A program made the translations under genes and the position numbers. 64,000 nt of DNA. Source: an uncultured delta proteobacterium. Lineage in GTDB: Bacteria; Myxococcota_A; UBA9160; SMWR01. Shown here piece after piece: positions 47,470 through 57,075 of this stretch. Numbering within the stretch: the first letter of the stretch is position 1; each line of letters opens with the position of its first letter. The stretch lies in the NCBI GenBank assembly GCA_963832165.1, contig CAWHTE010000002.1, forward strand, positions 384,001 to 448,000, written 5' to 3'. The notes under the pieces were generated by a model. The model was not told where the DNA came from and ran no database searches. It saw only the letters and a list, made by a program, of their open reading frames with translations.

Positions 47470-48372
47470 GTGACCGACGTCGACGTTTCGATCTGCATTG
47501 CCACCTATCGCCGGCGTCACGGGCTCGCGCGCCTGCTCGACAGCTTGTCGCGCCTGAAGCTGCCCGAGGGCGTGCGCGCCGAGGTGATCGTGGTCGACAA
47601 CGACCCCGCGAGCGATCCGGCCTACACGCTCGACGCCGACGCCGTGCCGCCGTTTGCGCTGCGCTGGCTGCGCGAGCCGCGCCGCAACATCGCCTACGCG
47701 CGCAATCTCGCGGTGGCGAACGCGCGCGGGCGCTGGGTTGCGTTCGTCGACGACGACGAGGTGGTCGACGAGCACTGGCTCGCCGCCTACTGGGAGCGCG
47801 CCTCCGAGGGCGAGTGCGACGGCTACTTCGGCCCCGTGCTGCCGCGCATCGAGACCTGGTACACGCCGTGGCTCGACGTGTCGTTCTTCGAGCGCCCGCG
47901 CTTCGTCTCGGGCACCCGGATCACGAACCTGGGCGCCCACACCTGCAATGCGTTCGTGCGCCGCGCGCTCCTGCGCGACGCGATGTTCGACCCCGCGTTC
48001 GGTCGCAGCGGCGGCGAGGACACCGCGCTGTTCCGGCGACTCGCCGCGCGCGGTGCGCACTTCGCCTGGTGCGACCAGGCGATCGTGCACGAGTACGTTC
48101 CGGCCGCGCGCCACCGGCCCGGCTGGCTCGCGCAGCGCGCGTTCCGCGGCGGGTGTGTGCACGCGCAGATCGAGCACGAGCTCGGACGCGTGCCGTCTCG
48201 CTCGGCGGCTGTGACGCAGTCCAGCGCGGCAGCGGGTGTGCTGCTCGCGGCGGCCACGGCGCTGCTGATCGGCGGGCGCGCGCGTTCGCTGCGCGTGCTG
48301 CTGCAAGCGGCGGTCCAGGCCGGCAAGGGCTGGGGGCACCTGGGCGGGGGATTCCAGGAGTACTCCGACTAG
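47470..48372 (+). CDS. Glycosyltransferase family 2 (ExoM-like)
   Basis: ICIATYRR, VVDND, NIAYARN, FVDDDE, GGEDT. Confidence 0.9.
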   Translation: MTDVDVSICIATYRRRHGLARLLDSLSRLKLPEGVRAEVIVVDNDPASDPAYTLDADAVPPFALRWLREPRRNIAYARNLAVANARGRWVAFVDDDEVVDEHWLAAYWERASEGECDGYFGPVLPRIETWYTPWLDVSFFERPRFVSGTRITNLGAHTCNAFVRRALLRDAMFDPAFGRSGGEDTALFRRLAARGAHFAWCDQAIVHEYVPAARHRPGWLAQRAFRGGCVHAQIEHELGRVPSRSAAVTQSSAAAGVLLAAATALLIGGRARSLRVLLQAAVQAGKGWGHLGGGFQEYSD

Positions 48373-48373
48373 C

Positions 48374-49576
48374 ATGCGGATCGCGCTCTTCCACAACCGC
48401 TACCGCGAGCGCGGCGGCGAAGACACGCTCGTCGACACCGAGTCCGAGCTGCTCGCAAAGGGCGGCCACGAGGTCGTGCGCTGCATCGTCGACAACCGCG
48501 AGGAGCTGTCGAGCGCGCTCGGCGTGATCCGCACGGCGCTGCGCGCGCGCCGGAATCCCGAGAGCGCCGCTCGCGCTGCCCGGCTCGCGGGGGAGGCGCC
48601 GCTCGACGTCGCGCACGTGCACAACTTCTTTCCCGTGCTCTCGCCCGCGATTCACGAGACGCTCTCGGCGCTCGGCGTTCCCGTGGTCCAGTCGCTGCAC
48701 AACTATCGGCTGCTGTGCGGGAACGGGTATCTCATGCGCGATGGGCGCGTGTGCGAGGAGTGCATACCGCGCGGGCCGTGGCACGCGGTGCGCTACGGCT
48801 GCTACCGCGGCTCCCGTGTGCAGACGGTGGTCTGGTCGGACGCGATCTCGCACCACCGCGCGCGCGACACCTGGCGCCGCTGCGTCGATCGCTTCGTCGT
48901 GCCGACCGAGTTCGTGGCGACGAAGCTGCTCGCGGCGGGGCTACCGCGCGAGCGCGTCGAGGTGTTGCCCTACGTGGTCGCCGATCCGGGCGAGCCGGCG
49001 CCGCCGGGGCACGGCGCGGTGTACGTGGGCCGGCTGTCGCCCGAGAAGGGCGTCGACCTCTTGATCGACGCGTGGCGCGAGCAGGGCGGGGCGCCGCTCG
49101 AGATCGTCGGCAGCGGCCCCGCCGAGGCGGAGCTGCGCGAGCGCGCGCGCGGCGTGCCGGGTGTGCGCTTCCTGGGCGTGCAGGACCGGGAGGGCGTGCT
49201 GCGCGCGCTGCGCGCGGCCGCGTTCGCCGTGGTGCCTTCGCGCTGGTACGAGATCGCGCCGTACGCGGCGATCGAGGCGCTCGCGTGTGGCCGGCCCGTG
49301 GTGGCGTGGCGCGGTGGCTCGCTCGCACAGCTCGTGAGCGACGGGCATTCGGGTCTGCTGTTCGACGCGCTCGAGCCCGCGAGCGTCGCGCGCGTGTGCA
49401 CGGCGCTGCTCGGCGACGCGGAGCTCGTGCGCCGGCTCGCCGCGGGAGCGCGCGAGGACTATCTCGACCATCACGCGCCCGAGGCCGGACTCGCCGCGCG
49501 CGAGAGGCTGTACGCCGCGGTCAGCGACGAGCGGCGGCGTGGAGAATCGCCCGGCGCAGACCGCCCGCGAGCGTAG
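48374..49576 (+). CDS. Glycosyltransferase family 4
   Basis: HNRY...GGED, HVHNFFP.LSP, LHNYRL.C, GRLSPEKG, PSRWYE..EALACGRPV. Confidence 0.92.
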   Translation: MRIALFHNRYRERGGEDTLVDTESELLAKGGHEVVRCIVDNREELSSALGVIRTALRARRNPESAARAARLAGEAPLDVAHVHNFFPVLSPAIHETLSALGVPVVQSLHNYRLLCGNGYLMRDGRVCEECIPRGPWHAVRYGCYRGSRVQTVVWSDAISHHRARDTWRRCVDRFVVPTEFVATKLLAAGLPRERVEVLPYVVADPGEPAPPGHGAVYVGRLSPEKGVDLLIDAWREQGGAPLEIVGSGPAEAELRERARGVPGVRFLGVQDREGVLRALRAAAFAVVPSRWYEIAPYAAIEALACGRPVVAWRGGSLAQLVSDGHSGLLFDALEPASVARVCTALLGDAELVRRLAAGAREDYLDHHAPEAGLAARERLYAAVSDERRRGESPGADRPRA

Positions 49577-50705
49577 CCGGGCCGAAACGCTTCGCGGTGT
49601 CGCGAGCCCGTGCGCCGAGCCGCGCGCGCTCGGGATCCGCGAGCGCGTGCGCGAGCTCGCTGCGCAGCCGCTCGGGATCGGTCGGATCGCACAGCCATCC
49701 CGTCTGGCCGGGCTCGATCAGATCGTCGGCGCAGCCCGCGAGCCGCGAGCACAGGACGGGCAGTCCGCACGTCATCGCTTCGTTCACGACCAGGCCCCAG
49801 GGATCGCCGAGGCTCGGGAACACCAGCAGGTCCGACGCCGCGTAGGCGGCCGCGAGCGCGTCGGGGCGCAGCGCGGGCAGCCGCGCGATCGCGCCCGCGC
49901 CGCACGCTCGGCGCGCGTCGTCGACCGCGCCCGCGAGCGGGCCGTCGCCCACGAACAGGAGCGTCCAGCTCGAGCGCGCGGACTCGGGCAGCTCCCGCCA
50001 CGCGTCGAGCAGCGGCAGCACGCCCTTCGACGCCTCGAGCCGCCCCGGCACCAGCGCGATCTGCTCGCGCGTGCCGAGCGACGCGCGCAGCGCGAGGCGC
50101 TCCGCGGTCACGTCGAGCGCGGCGAAGCGCGCTTCCCACCACTCCGCGGCGTGCGCGTTGGGCGCGTCGAACAGCCGCGCCTCGGGTACGCCGAGCCCGC
50201 GCAACACCTCGCGCGCCTGGACTCCCATCCCCACCACGGCATCCGCGCGCGCGAGCAGCGCGCGGCGCAGCGCGCGCTGGAGCGAGCCGACCGCTGCGGC
50301 CGCGCTGCGCGCGTGGTAGCTCCAGATCACGAGCGGCACGCGGTAGAGCGCCGCGTAGGCGGCCGCGAACATCGTGCGCGGGCCGAGCTCGCTCGTCACC
50401 ACGACGTCGGGAGCGAAGCGGCGCAGGGATCCGAGCGCGCCCCACGGAACGTGCAGCGTCGACCACTGCTCCGACGCCTGTGCGCGGTGCGCGCGCACGC
50501 GCCGGCGCAGCGACGCGCCGCCCACGATCTCGACGTCGAGGTCCGCGCGTCCCTGCTCGTAGGCGCCCTCGAAGGCGCGCTGCCAGCTCGGGTCGTCGGC
50601 CGCGGACAGCAGCACGCGCAGCTGCCAGCCCGGCGTCGCGGCGAGATCGCGGTACACCGGCAGGCGGTACGGCGTGAGGATGTTGGTCAGCAGCGCGACG
50701 CGCAT
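49521..50705 (-). CDS. Glycosyltransferase family 4
   Basis: TNILTPYR, GRLEASKG, DPWGLVVNEAMTCGLPV. Confidence 0.9.
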   Translation of the reverse strand: MRVALLTNILTPYRLPVYRDLAATPGWQLRVLLSAADDPSWQRAFEGAYEQGRADLDVEIVGGASLRRRVRAHRAQASEQWSTLHVPWGALGSLRRFAPDVVVTSELGPRTMFAAAYAALYRVPLVIWSYHARSAAAAVGSLQRALRRALLARADAVVGMGVQAREVLRGLGVPEARLFDAPNAHAAEWWEARFAALDVTAERLALRASLGTREQIALVPGRLEASKGVLPLLDAWRELPESARSSWTLLFVGDGPLAGAVDDARRACGAGAIARLPALRPDALAAAYAASDLLVFPSLGDPWGLVVNEAMTCGLPVLCSRLAGCADDLIEPGQTGWLCDPTDPERLRSELAHALADPERARLGARARDTAKRFGPATLAGGLRRAILHAAARR

Positions 50706-52402
50706 CAGTAGGCCTTGTAGAACGCGATCGGCGCCGAGCGCGGCGGCTCGTCGACTGCGAGCACGAGCAGGCCGCGCGTTCCGTCGGCGTCGAACGAGAC
50801 GGAGTGCCGCTTCGCGTCCAGGAATCGCACCGCGGCGGCTGCGAGCGGCTCGCCGTCGATACGGATCGGGTTCGCGGTGCCGATCGGGAGCCAGCGATAG
50901 GGCGCGGAGACGAGCAGCTCGAAGCTGGACTCGGCGCCAGCGTTGCCCTGCAAGCGGCGCCCCGCAACGAACACGGAGTCTCGATAGGGCTGATAGTTCT
51001 CGTCCCAGAACGCGCGCAGGGGCGCCGGGAACTGATTGAGCCGGAACGACTGCACGAGGTAGTGCACGGGCTCGGCGCGGAAGCGCGCGATCAGATGATC
51101 GACCTCGCGATCGCGCTGCGGGCCCTCGAACGTGCGGTAGATGCGCTGCGAGAACCAGAGCCCGATCGGCTGGCGCACGCCGCAGAACAGAGCGGTCTCG
51201 GGTTGGAAGCCCGCGCGATCGGGCGAGAAATTGCGGTGCACGAAGCGCAGGCTTTCGCGCTGCACCGCCTGACTGTCGTCGAGCGCGAGGGCCGTGTGCA
51301 GGACCGCACCGAGCCCGAGCGCGGCCCAGAGCACGGGCGACCCGAGGCGCGCGGTGCTCGGCCAGGGCGCGAACGCGCTGCGCAGCGGGGCCAGCGCGAG
51401 CGCGAAGGCGACCGCTGCGAACAGCCCCAGCGTCATGAGGAAGTAGGCGAACGCGGCGGCGTGGAACGCACCGACGCCGACACCGAGCGCGAGCACGGCC
51501 CACGCGAGGGCCATACGCCGCGTGCGCGCGGCCTTCATCGCGAGCGTCGCGGCGCTCATCGCCGCGAACAGCGCGAGATGGGGCACGAGCGACGGCAGCG
51601 TCGCGAGGTACTGCGAGTAGCCGATCGTCGCGCGATAGAAGTCGAACACGTCGAGGTAGTTGCGCACGGTCTCCGGCGAGGTGCCCGAGATCGCAGAGTG
51701 GGTCTCTGGCACCTCGAACGCGATCGCCACGAAGCCGCGCCAGGCCGCGAGCACGAGCAGGGCACCGAGCGCAGTGCCGCCTGCGCGCGCGAGCTCGCGG
51801 CGGGTGCGCCACTCGGTGCGCAGCGCGAGGTCGCCCGCGGCGAGCAGTCCCGCGAGCGCCGCGACGTAGGCGAGCTTCTGGGTGCCGAGCCAGCCGATTC
51901 CGAACGCCACGCCCGCCACGAGCGCGAGCCACGGACGCCGACGCGAGGCGAGCAGCGCCGCCGCGCCCCACGCCCCGCCGACCAGCGCCACCTGGTCGGT
52001 GCGGACCTGGATCGACCATTCGAGAAATGCGGGCAGGAGGCCCAGCAGCGCCGTACCGAGCGCCGCGTCGTGCCAGCGGTGGCGATCCGCGGGCAAGAGC
52101 TCGCATAGCAGTACGAACACGCCCGCCAGGTAGCCCCAGGTGAGCGCGAGCCACGCGAGCCGCGCAGCGCGCCCCGTCGCGATCTCGTCCGCGCATGCGC
52201 GCACGAGTGGAAGCAGCGCGACCTGCGGCAGGCCCGGGTGCCCCGCGCTCTGGAGCTCGCCGAGCTGTGCCGTGAGCGCCACGTCGTGGAACAGCGCGAA
52301 CTCGTCCCAGTTGAAGGCGGTCGTGAACACGGTCGCGACGCGCAGCGCCGCGAATCCGAGCAGCGCGCACGCGAGCGCGATCCAGCCGATCCGGCGGGCC
52401 AT
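50705..52402 (-). CDS. Polytopic membrane protein, GT-C-like (ArnT/PMT-type) glycosyltransferase candidate
   Basis: About 10 hydrophobic segments, NWDE after TM1, VRTD, TQK; soluble C-terminal domain. Confidence 0.6.
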   Translation of the reverse strand: MARRIGWIALACALLGFAALRVATVFTTAFNWDEFALFHDVALTAQLGELQSAGHPGLPQVALLPLVRACADEIATGRAARLAWLALTWGYLAGVFVLLCELLPADRHRWHDAALGTALLGLLPAFLEWSIQVRTDQVALVGGAWGAAALLASRRRPWLALVAGVAFGIGWLGTQKLAYVAALAGLLAAGDLALRTEWRTRRELARAGGTALGALLVLAAWRGFVAIAFEVPETHSAISGTSPETVRNYLDVFDFYRATIGYSQYLATLPSLVPHLALFAAMSAATLAMKAARTRRMALAWAVLALGVGVGAFHAAAFAYFLMTLGLFAAVAFALALAPLRSAFAPWPSTARLGSPVLWAALGLGAVLHTALALDDSQAVQRESLRFVHRNFSPDRAGFQPETALFCGVRQPIGLWFSQRIYRTFEGPQRDREVDHLIARFRAEPVHYLVQSFRLNQFPAPLRAFWDENYQPYRDSVFVAGRRLQGNAGAESSFELLVSAPYRWLPIGTANPIRIDGEPLAAAAVRFLDAKRHSVSFDADGTRGLLVLAVDEPPRSAPIAFYKAY

Positions 52403-52408
52403 GCGTCT

Positions 52409-52436
52409 GGATCGGCTTTGCGCGTGGCGCGATTGA
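52409..52436 (-). promoter_or_regulatory. Sigma28-like promoter P8 (leaderless position)
   Basis: TCAAT-N15-GCCGATCC, 6 nt before ATG 52402. Confidence 0.65.
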
Positions 52437-52500
52437 GGGTTGATCCGCCCCGTTGCACACGCACGAGCGCGCGCCGCAGCCGCGGGGCATGGGCAACTGA

Positions 52501-52540
52501 ACATGTAACTATTTGAGATTATTAAAGATTTAATTCAAAA
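52501..52540. promoter_or_regulatory. AT-rich tract with IHF-like site between P8 and P9
   Basis: TAACTATTTGAGA (52506-52518) is one mismatch from the IHF consensus on the minus strand. Confidence 0.4.
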
Positions 52541-52561
52541 GGCAGCCGGGGAGCGCGGGAC

Positions 52562-52589
52562 TTCACCCGCGCTCGCGGCGCGCCGATAC
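52562..52589 (+). promoter_or_regulatory. Sigma28-like promoter P9
   Basis: TTCAC-N15-GCCGATAC, 33 nt before ATG 52623. Confidence 0.62.
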
Positions 52590-52622
52590 AGATGGGGCAC
52601 ACCCCTCGGAGGAAGGGCGCCG

Positions 52623-52946
52623 ATGCGACTCGCACTGGTACTCGCGACCTGCCTCGCGCTGCTGGCTCCTGCCGCCGCGTCCGCGGGCCCGCGGTCGCGC
52701 CACAACCGATGCGACTGGATCGCGCGGCAGCTCGTGAGCGCCGACGCGAAGAAGCAGCGCGCCGCGGAGATCGACGACGCGCTAGGCGTCGACAAGTTCG
52801 AGAGGCGCCTCAGCTACCTCGAGGATCACTTCGAAGAGCACTGCCCCGTGCAGGCCGCCGAGCAGAATGCGGCACAGCAATTCGCCGCGATGCTCAAGAA
52901 TGCGGGGCGTGCGGCCCTCTCCTATCTGACGCTCGGCGCCTACTGA
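52623..52946 (+). CDS. Small secreted hypothetical protein
   Basis: Signal peptide ending ASA; two Cys in the mature part; GGAGG upstream. Confidence 0.75.
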   Translation: MRLALVLATCLALLAPAAASAGPRSRHNRCDWIARQLVSADAKKQRAAEIDDALGVDKFERRLSYLEDHFEEHCPVQAAEQNAAQQFAAMLKNAGRAALSYLTLGAY

Positions 52947-52985
52947 TCGCGTTCGCAGAGATCCGAACCTAGGATCTGCGCTCGC

Positions 52986-54926
52986 ATGTGTGGCATCGCC
53001 GGATACGTGCTCCGCTCGGCCCGCCCGCGGCGCGCCGCAGCGCTGCGCGACGCGCTGCGCCGGATGGCCCACCGCGGTCCCGACGACGAAGGACTCGCGT
53101 TCTTCGATCCGCAGAGCGCCCGGATCTGGAACTTCGTCACCGAGCAGAGCGACGCGCGCGCGGTCGGCGCTACGCCGCTCGGCGGAGGCGAGGCGTTCCC
53201 GCACGGCGCCGCATTCGGCCATCGCCGCTTCTCGATCGTGGGGCTCGATGCGAGCGGCCACCAGCCGATGTGGACCGCCGACGGCCGCGTGTGCGTGAGC
53301 GTGAACGGCGAGATCTACAACTACGTCGAGCTGCGCGCGGAACTCGCGGCAGCCGGCCACGTGTTCCGCTCGGCCTCCGACTCGGAAGTGCTCGCGGTGG
53401 CCTACCGAGCGTGGGGCACCGAGTGCTTCGCGCGCTTCAACGGGTTCTACGCGGTCAGCCTCTACGACGCCGAGCGGCGGCGCGTGCTGCTCGCGCGCGA
53501 CCGGCTCGGCGTGGCGCCGCTCTACGTGAGCGAGACGTCGGAGGGGGTGTTCTGGGCGTCCGAGGTGCGCGCGCTGCGCGAGCTCGCGGGCAGCGCGTTC
53601 ACGGTGCGCCACCAGTCCGTGGTCGATTTCGTCGCGTGGCAGCGCCGTGACTACCACGACTCGACGTTCTGGAACGAGATCTCCACGCTGCCGAGCGCGA
53701 GCTTTGCGTGGGTGGACGGAGAGCGTGGACTCGAGACGACGCGCTACTGGTCGCTGCCCGCGCAGCGCGCGCGCGCGACCGACCTCGATCCCGACGCCTG
53801 CGCGCGCCGGCTGCGCGAGCTGCTCGACGACGCGACGCGACTGCGCCTGCGCGCCGACGTGCCGGCCGCGGTACAGATCAGCGGCGGGATGGACTCCTCG
53901 GCCATTCTCGCGCTCGTGGCGAACCACGCGCCTCGGATCTCCGCGTTCACGGTCTCGTTCCCGGACCCGCGCTACGACGAGGAGCCGTTCGCGCGCGCCG
54001 TGGCGGATCGCTACCGCGCGCAGGTCGACTACCACGTGTTCGAGCCACCCGACGACGACTTCCTGAACGCCGCGGACGACTTCGTCGAGCTGATCGGCGA
54101 GCCGTTCCACTCGCCGAATCTGTTCACGGCCAATCGCATCTGGCGTCGGATGGCCGACCAGGGCTACCGCGTGAATCTCTACGGTGGGGGTGGCGACGAG
54201 GTGCTCGCGGGCTACGTCGGCGAGTACTTCTACCCGTATCTGCGCTACGTCGCGCGGCATCACGGGCCCGCGCGCGCTCTGCGCGAGCTGTGCTCGCTGT
54301 CCGAGCGCGGCCCGGGCTTTTTGGGTGCGGACTATCTGCTGCGCGCCGTACGCGCGGTGCCGGGCACCCAGCAGATCTACCGGCGCCTGCGCGCGCCGTG
54401 GCGGCGGCATAGCGACGCGTTCGTGCCGCCGGCGGGCGTGCGCGCGCGCGCGGGCGCACCGGAGCCGATCGAAGAGCGCATGGTCGAGCTCGCACGCGAT
54501 CAGCTCCTGAACTACTGGCTGCGCATCGACAGCCAGAACAGCATGAGCATTCCGCTCGAGCTGCGCACGCCTTATCTCGACTATCGCGTGGTCGAGTTCG
54601 CGTTCTCGCTGCCGCTCGAGTACCTGATCCGCGACGGCTGGATGAAGTGGCTGCTGCGCAAGGCGATGGACGACCTGCTGCCGGCCGAGGTCGCCTGGCG
54701 CCGCGTGAAGGGCGGATTTCCGTTCCCGATCGGCCCGTGGCTCGAGCGCCACGAGGAACGCATCCTCGCGATGCTTGCGAAGCTCGACTGCCCCTATCTC
54801 GACCCGCGCGTGCTCGCATCCGAATGGAAGACCACCGCGCGCCGCGACCCGAACCGGATGTGGTCGCTCGTCTCGATCGGGCTGTGGTGGAAGAAGTGCA
54901 TCCAGGGCGAAGCCCTGGTGGCCTGA
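52986..54926 (+). CDS. asnB: Asparagine synthase (glutamine-hydrolysing) family amidotransferase, polysaccharide-associated type
   Basis: MCGIAG, HRGPD, NGEIYNY, ARDRLG, SGGMDSS, GGDE, R.PYLD. Confidence 0.92.
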   Translation: MCGIAGYVLRSARPRRAAALRDALRRMAHRGPDDEGLAFFDPQSARIWNFVTEQSDARAVGATPLGGGEAFPHGAAFGHRRFSIVGLDASGHQPMWTADGRVCVSVNGEIYNYVELRAELAAAGHVFRSASDSEVLAVAYRAWGTECFARFNGFYAVSLYDAERRRVLLARDRLGVAPLYVSETSEGVFWASEVRALRELAGSAFTVRHQSVVDFVAWQRRDYHDSTFWNEISTLPSASFAWVDGERGLETTRYWSLPAQRARATDLDPDACARRLRELLDDATRLRLRADVPAAVQISGGMDSSAILALVANHAPRISAFTVSFPDPRYDEEPFARAVADRYRAQVDYHVFEPPDDDFLNAADDFVELIGEPFHSPNLFTANRIWRRMADQGYRVNLYGGGGDEVLAGYVGEYFYPYLRYVARHHGPARALRELCSLSERGPGFLGADYLLRAVRAVPGTQQIYRRLRAPWRRHSDAFVPPAGVRARAGAPEPIEERMVELARDQLLNYWLRIDSQNSMSIPLELRTPYLDYRVVEFAFSLPLEYLIRDGWMKWLLRKAMDDLLPAEVAWRRVKGGFPFPIGPWLERHEERILAMLAKLDCPYLDPRVLASEWKTTARRDPNRMWSLVSIGLWWKKCIQGEALVA

Positions 54927-54935
54927 GTGCAAGGA

Positions 54936-55020
54936 GGCCGACGACCGTCGGCCGACGCGCAGCGAGGCATAGCCGAGCGAAGGCGGGAGCCCGAGCGCGA
55001 GCGAGGAGCGAGCGCGAAGG
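54936..55020. repeat. Intergenic hairpin, dispersed 27-bp element and GCGA-rich run
   Basis: GGCCGAC-GACC-GTCGGCC hairpin at 54936-54953; 54956-54982 is 23/27 identical to the reverse complement of 20700-20726. Confidence 0.7.
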
Positions 55021-55047
55021 CCCGGCCAAGTTACACTCGCGCCGCCG

Positions 55048-55854
55048 ATGACACGCACGAAGGTGATTGCGATCGCGCTGCTGTGCGCCGGACTCGTGTC
55101 GCCGGTCGCCGCGGGCGCGCGCGGCGCGGACGGCGACTTCGAACAGCGCCGCTCCTCGCACTTCGTGTTGCACCAGGACGTCGCGATCGACCAGTCCGGC
55201 GGCTTCCGCGGCTCGCGCCGCTTCGAGCAGCAGGTGCTCGACGAGCTCGAGCGCGCCTACGATGCGCTCGGCCACTGGCTCGCGTTGCGGCCGCCGCGGC
55301 GGATCGACGTGGTCGTCTACGACCCCGCGCGCTTCGACGCCGAATTCGCGGGTCAGTTCCGCTTTCCCGCGGCCGGATTCTACCACGGGGTGATCCGCGT
55401 GCGCGGCGACACGCAGCTCACCACCGGTCTCTCGCGCGTGCTGCATCACGAGCTCGTGCACGCGGCACTCGATGCGGCCGCGCCCACGCTGTGGCTGCCC
55501 GGCTGGGTGAACGAGGGCGCCGCCGAGTGGTTCGAGGCGCGCACCTCGGGCCAGCGCGGACTCGCGACGCGGCAGCGCGCCGCGCTCGAGGGGATCGCGC
55601 GCAGCGGCGAGCTCCAGTCGCTCTCCACGCTCGCGTCGCCGACCTTCGCGGGGTTCGACCGTCGCGCGGCGCAGATCGCCTATCTCCAATCCTACGCGCT
55701 GATCGACTACCTCGCGCGCGCGCAGGGCGAGCGCTCGCTCGCGGACTTCCTCGCCGAGCTGATCCAGAGCCGCAGCCTCGACCGCGCGCTGCGGCGCGTG
55801 TATCGCCTCGACGCTGCGACGCTCGAGGCGCGCTTCGCGCGCGAGCTCTCCTAG
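55048..55854 (+). CDS. Secreted gluzincin (peptidase MA-like) metalloprotease
   Basis: Signal peptide; LHHELVH...WVNEGAAE; AYLQS..LIDYL. Confidence 0.85.
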   Translation: MTRTKVIAIALLCAGLVSPVAAGARGADGDFEQRRSSHFVLHQDVAIDQSGGFRGSRRFEQQVLDELERAYDALGHWLALRPPRRIDVVVYDPARFDAEFAGQFRFPAAGFYHGVIRVRGDTQLTTGLSRVLHHELVHAALDAAAPTLWLPGWVNEGAAEWFEARTSGQRGLATRQRAALEGIARSGELQSLSTLASPTFAGFDRRAAQIAYLQSYALIDYLARAQGERSLADFLAELIQSRSLDRALRRVYRLDAATLEARFARELS

Positions 55855-56669
55855 TGGCGCGCCGAATCGCGCTCGCAGCCGCGCTCGCACTGTTCGCGTG
55901 CGGTGGCGCCGAGTCGTTCGAGGCGAGCGGTGTCGTGCGCGCCGTGCGCGCGTCGGAGCGTTCGGTGACGATCGAGCACGGCGACATCGAGGGGCTGATG
56001 CCCGCGATGACGATGAGCTTCGACGTCGCCGACCCGGAACTGCTCGCGGGGATCGAGCCGGGTCAGTACGTCGAGTTTCGTCTCTCGCGGAGCGGTGAGC
56101 ACTTCGAGATCACGGCACTCGAGGCGCCCGGCGCGGCCGAGGCGGGCGTCGCGGGAACGTCCGGCGGCGGCGATCCACTCCGGGCGGCCGGGGATCCCGC
56201 GCCGGATTTCGCGCTGGTCGATCAGGATGCGCGCCCGGTCTCGCTCGCGGCGCTGCGCGGCAAGGTCGTGCTGCTCGACTTCGTCTACACGAGCTGCCCC
56301 GGACCGTGCCCGATCCTGACCGGAATCCACCGCGACGTGCGCGACGGACTGTCCGCCGCCGACCGCGCGCGCGTGCAGCTCGTGTCGATCACGATCGATC
56401 CGTTGCGCGACACACCCGAGGTGCTGCGCGCGTGGACGAGCGCGCGCCGCCTCGATACCCAGGGCTGGTCGTTCGCGACCGGACCCGTCGCCGACGTGGA
56501 CGCGGTCGTGCTCGCCTACGGCGTCGGGTCGACGCGCCAGCCGAGCGGCGAGATCGAGCACACCGTCGCGACCTTCCTGATCGACCGCGAGGGCAATATC
56601 GCGCGGCGCTATCTCGGCCTCACCCACGAGCCCGCTGCGGTGCGCGCGGAGATCGAGCGCTTGCTCTAG
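55854..56669 (+). CDS. CusF-like copper-binding domain fused to SCO1/SenC domain, lipoprotein
   Basis: Lipobox LFAC; HGDIEGLMPAMTM; YTSCPGPCP; DPLRDTP; EHT. Confidence 0.88.
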   Translation: MARRIALAAALALFACGGAESFEASGVVRAVRASERSVTIEHGDIEGLMPAMTMSFDVADPELLAGIEPGQYVEFRLSRSGEHFEITALEAPGAAEAGVAGTSGGGDPLRAAGDPAPDFALVDQDARPVSLAALRGKVVLLDFVYTSCPGPCPILTGIHRDVRDGLSAADRARVQLVSITIDPLRDTPEVLRAWTSARRLDTQGWSFATGPVADVDAVVLAYGVGSTRQPSGEIEHTVATFLIDREGNIARRYLGLTHEPAAVRAEIERLL

Positions 56670-56671
56670 CG

Positions 56672-57049
56672 CTATTCGACGCGCTCGGCGGTCTGTGCGT
56701 GGATGCCCCAGATTTCGTCGTCCAGCGACGCGTGATCCCACTTGCCGGCGACGCGCACCTTGCGGCCGACCTCGGGCGGTTTGCCGTCGTTGAGCTTGCG
56801 CAGCATGTGCTCAGGAACGCGGACCAGCACCGAGCCGGTGTCATCCTCGAGCGTCACGACGTAGCGGGAGCCGGAACCCACCGCGACGTGGGTGATGCGA
56901 CCCTGGACCATCACGTAGTCGCCCGACTCGGCCTTCTCGTTCACCTCCGCGATCGGGCGGACCCCGGACGCCATCGACCCCTTCCAGGCGGAAGCCGGAG
57001 CGGCCAGCGTGAAGCTCGCAATGGCGAGGACGATCACTGCGCTGCGCAT
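56672..57049 (-). CDS. Secreted OB-fold protein (YgiW/YdeI-like)
   Basis: Signal peptide ending ASA; V.VQGRI...LEDDTGSV.V...V.V.G. Confidence 0.75.
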   Translation of the reverse strand: MRSAVIVLAIASFTLAAPASAWKGSMASGVRPIAEVNEKAESGDYVMVQGRITHVAVGSGSRYVVTLEDDTGSVLVRVPEHMLRKLNDGKPPEVGRKVRVAGKWDHASLDDEIWGIHAQTAERVE

Positions 57050-57075
57050 GGAACCCCCCTTTGCGCGGGATTCAT

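Noticed and set aside
52623..54926. AsnB-like gene plus small upstream ORF as a lasso peptide cluster
   Set aside because: The enzyme keeps the Cys-initiated glutaminase domain, there are no B1/B2 proteins, and the small ORF has a Sec signal.
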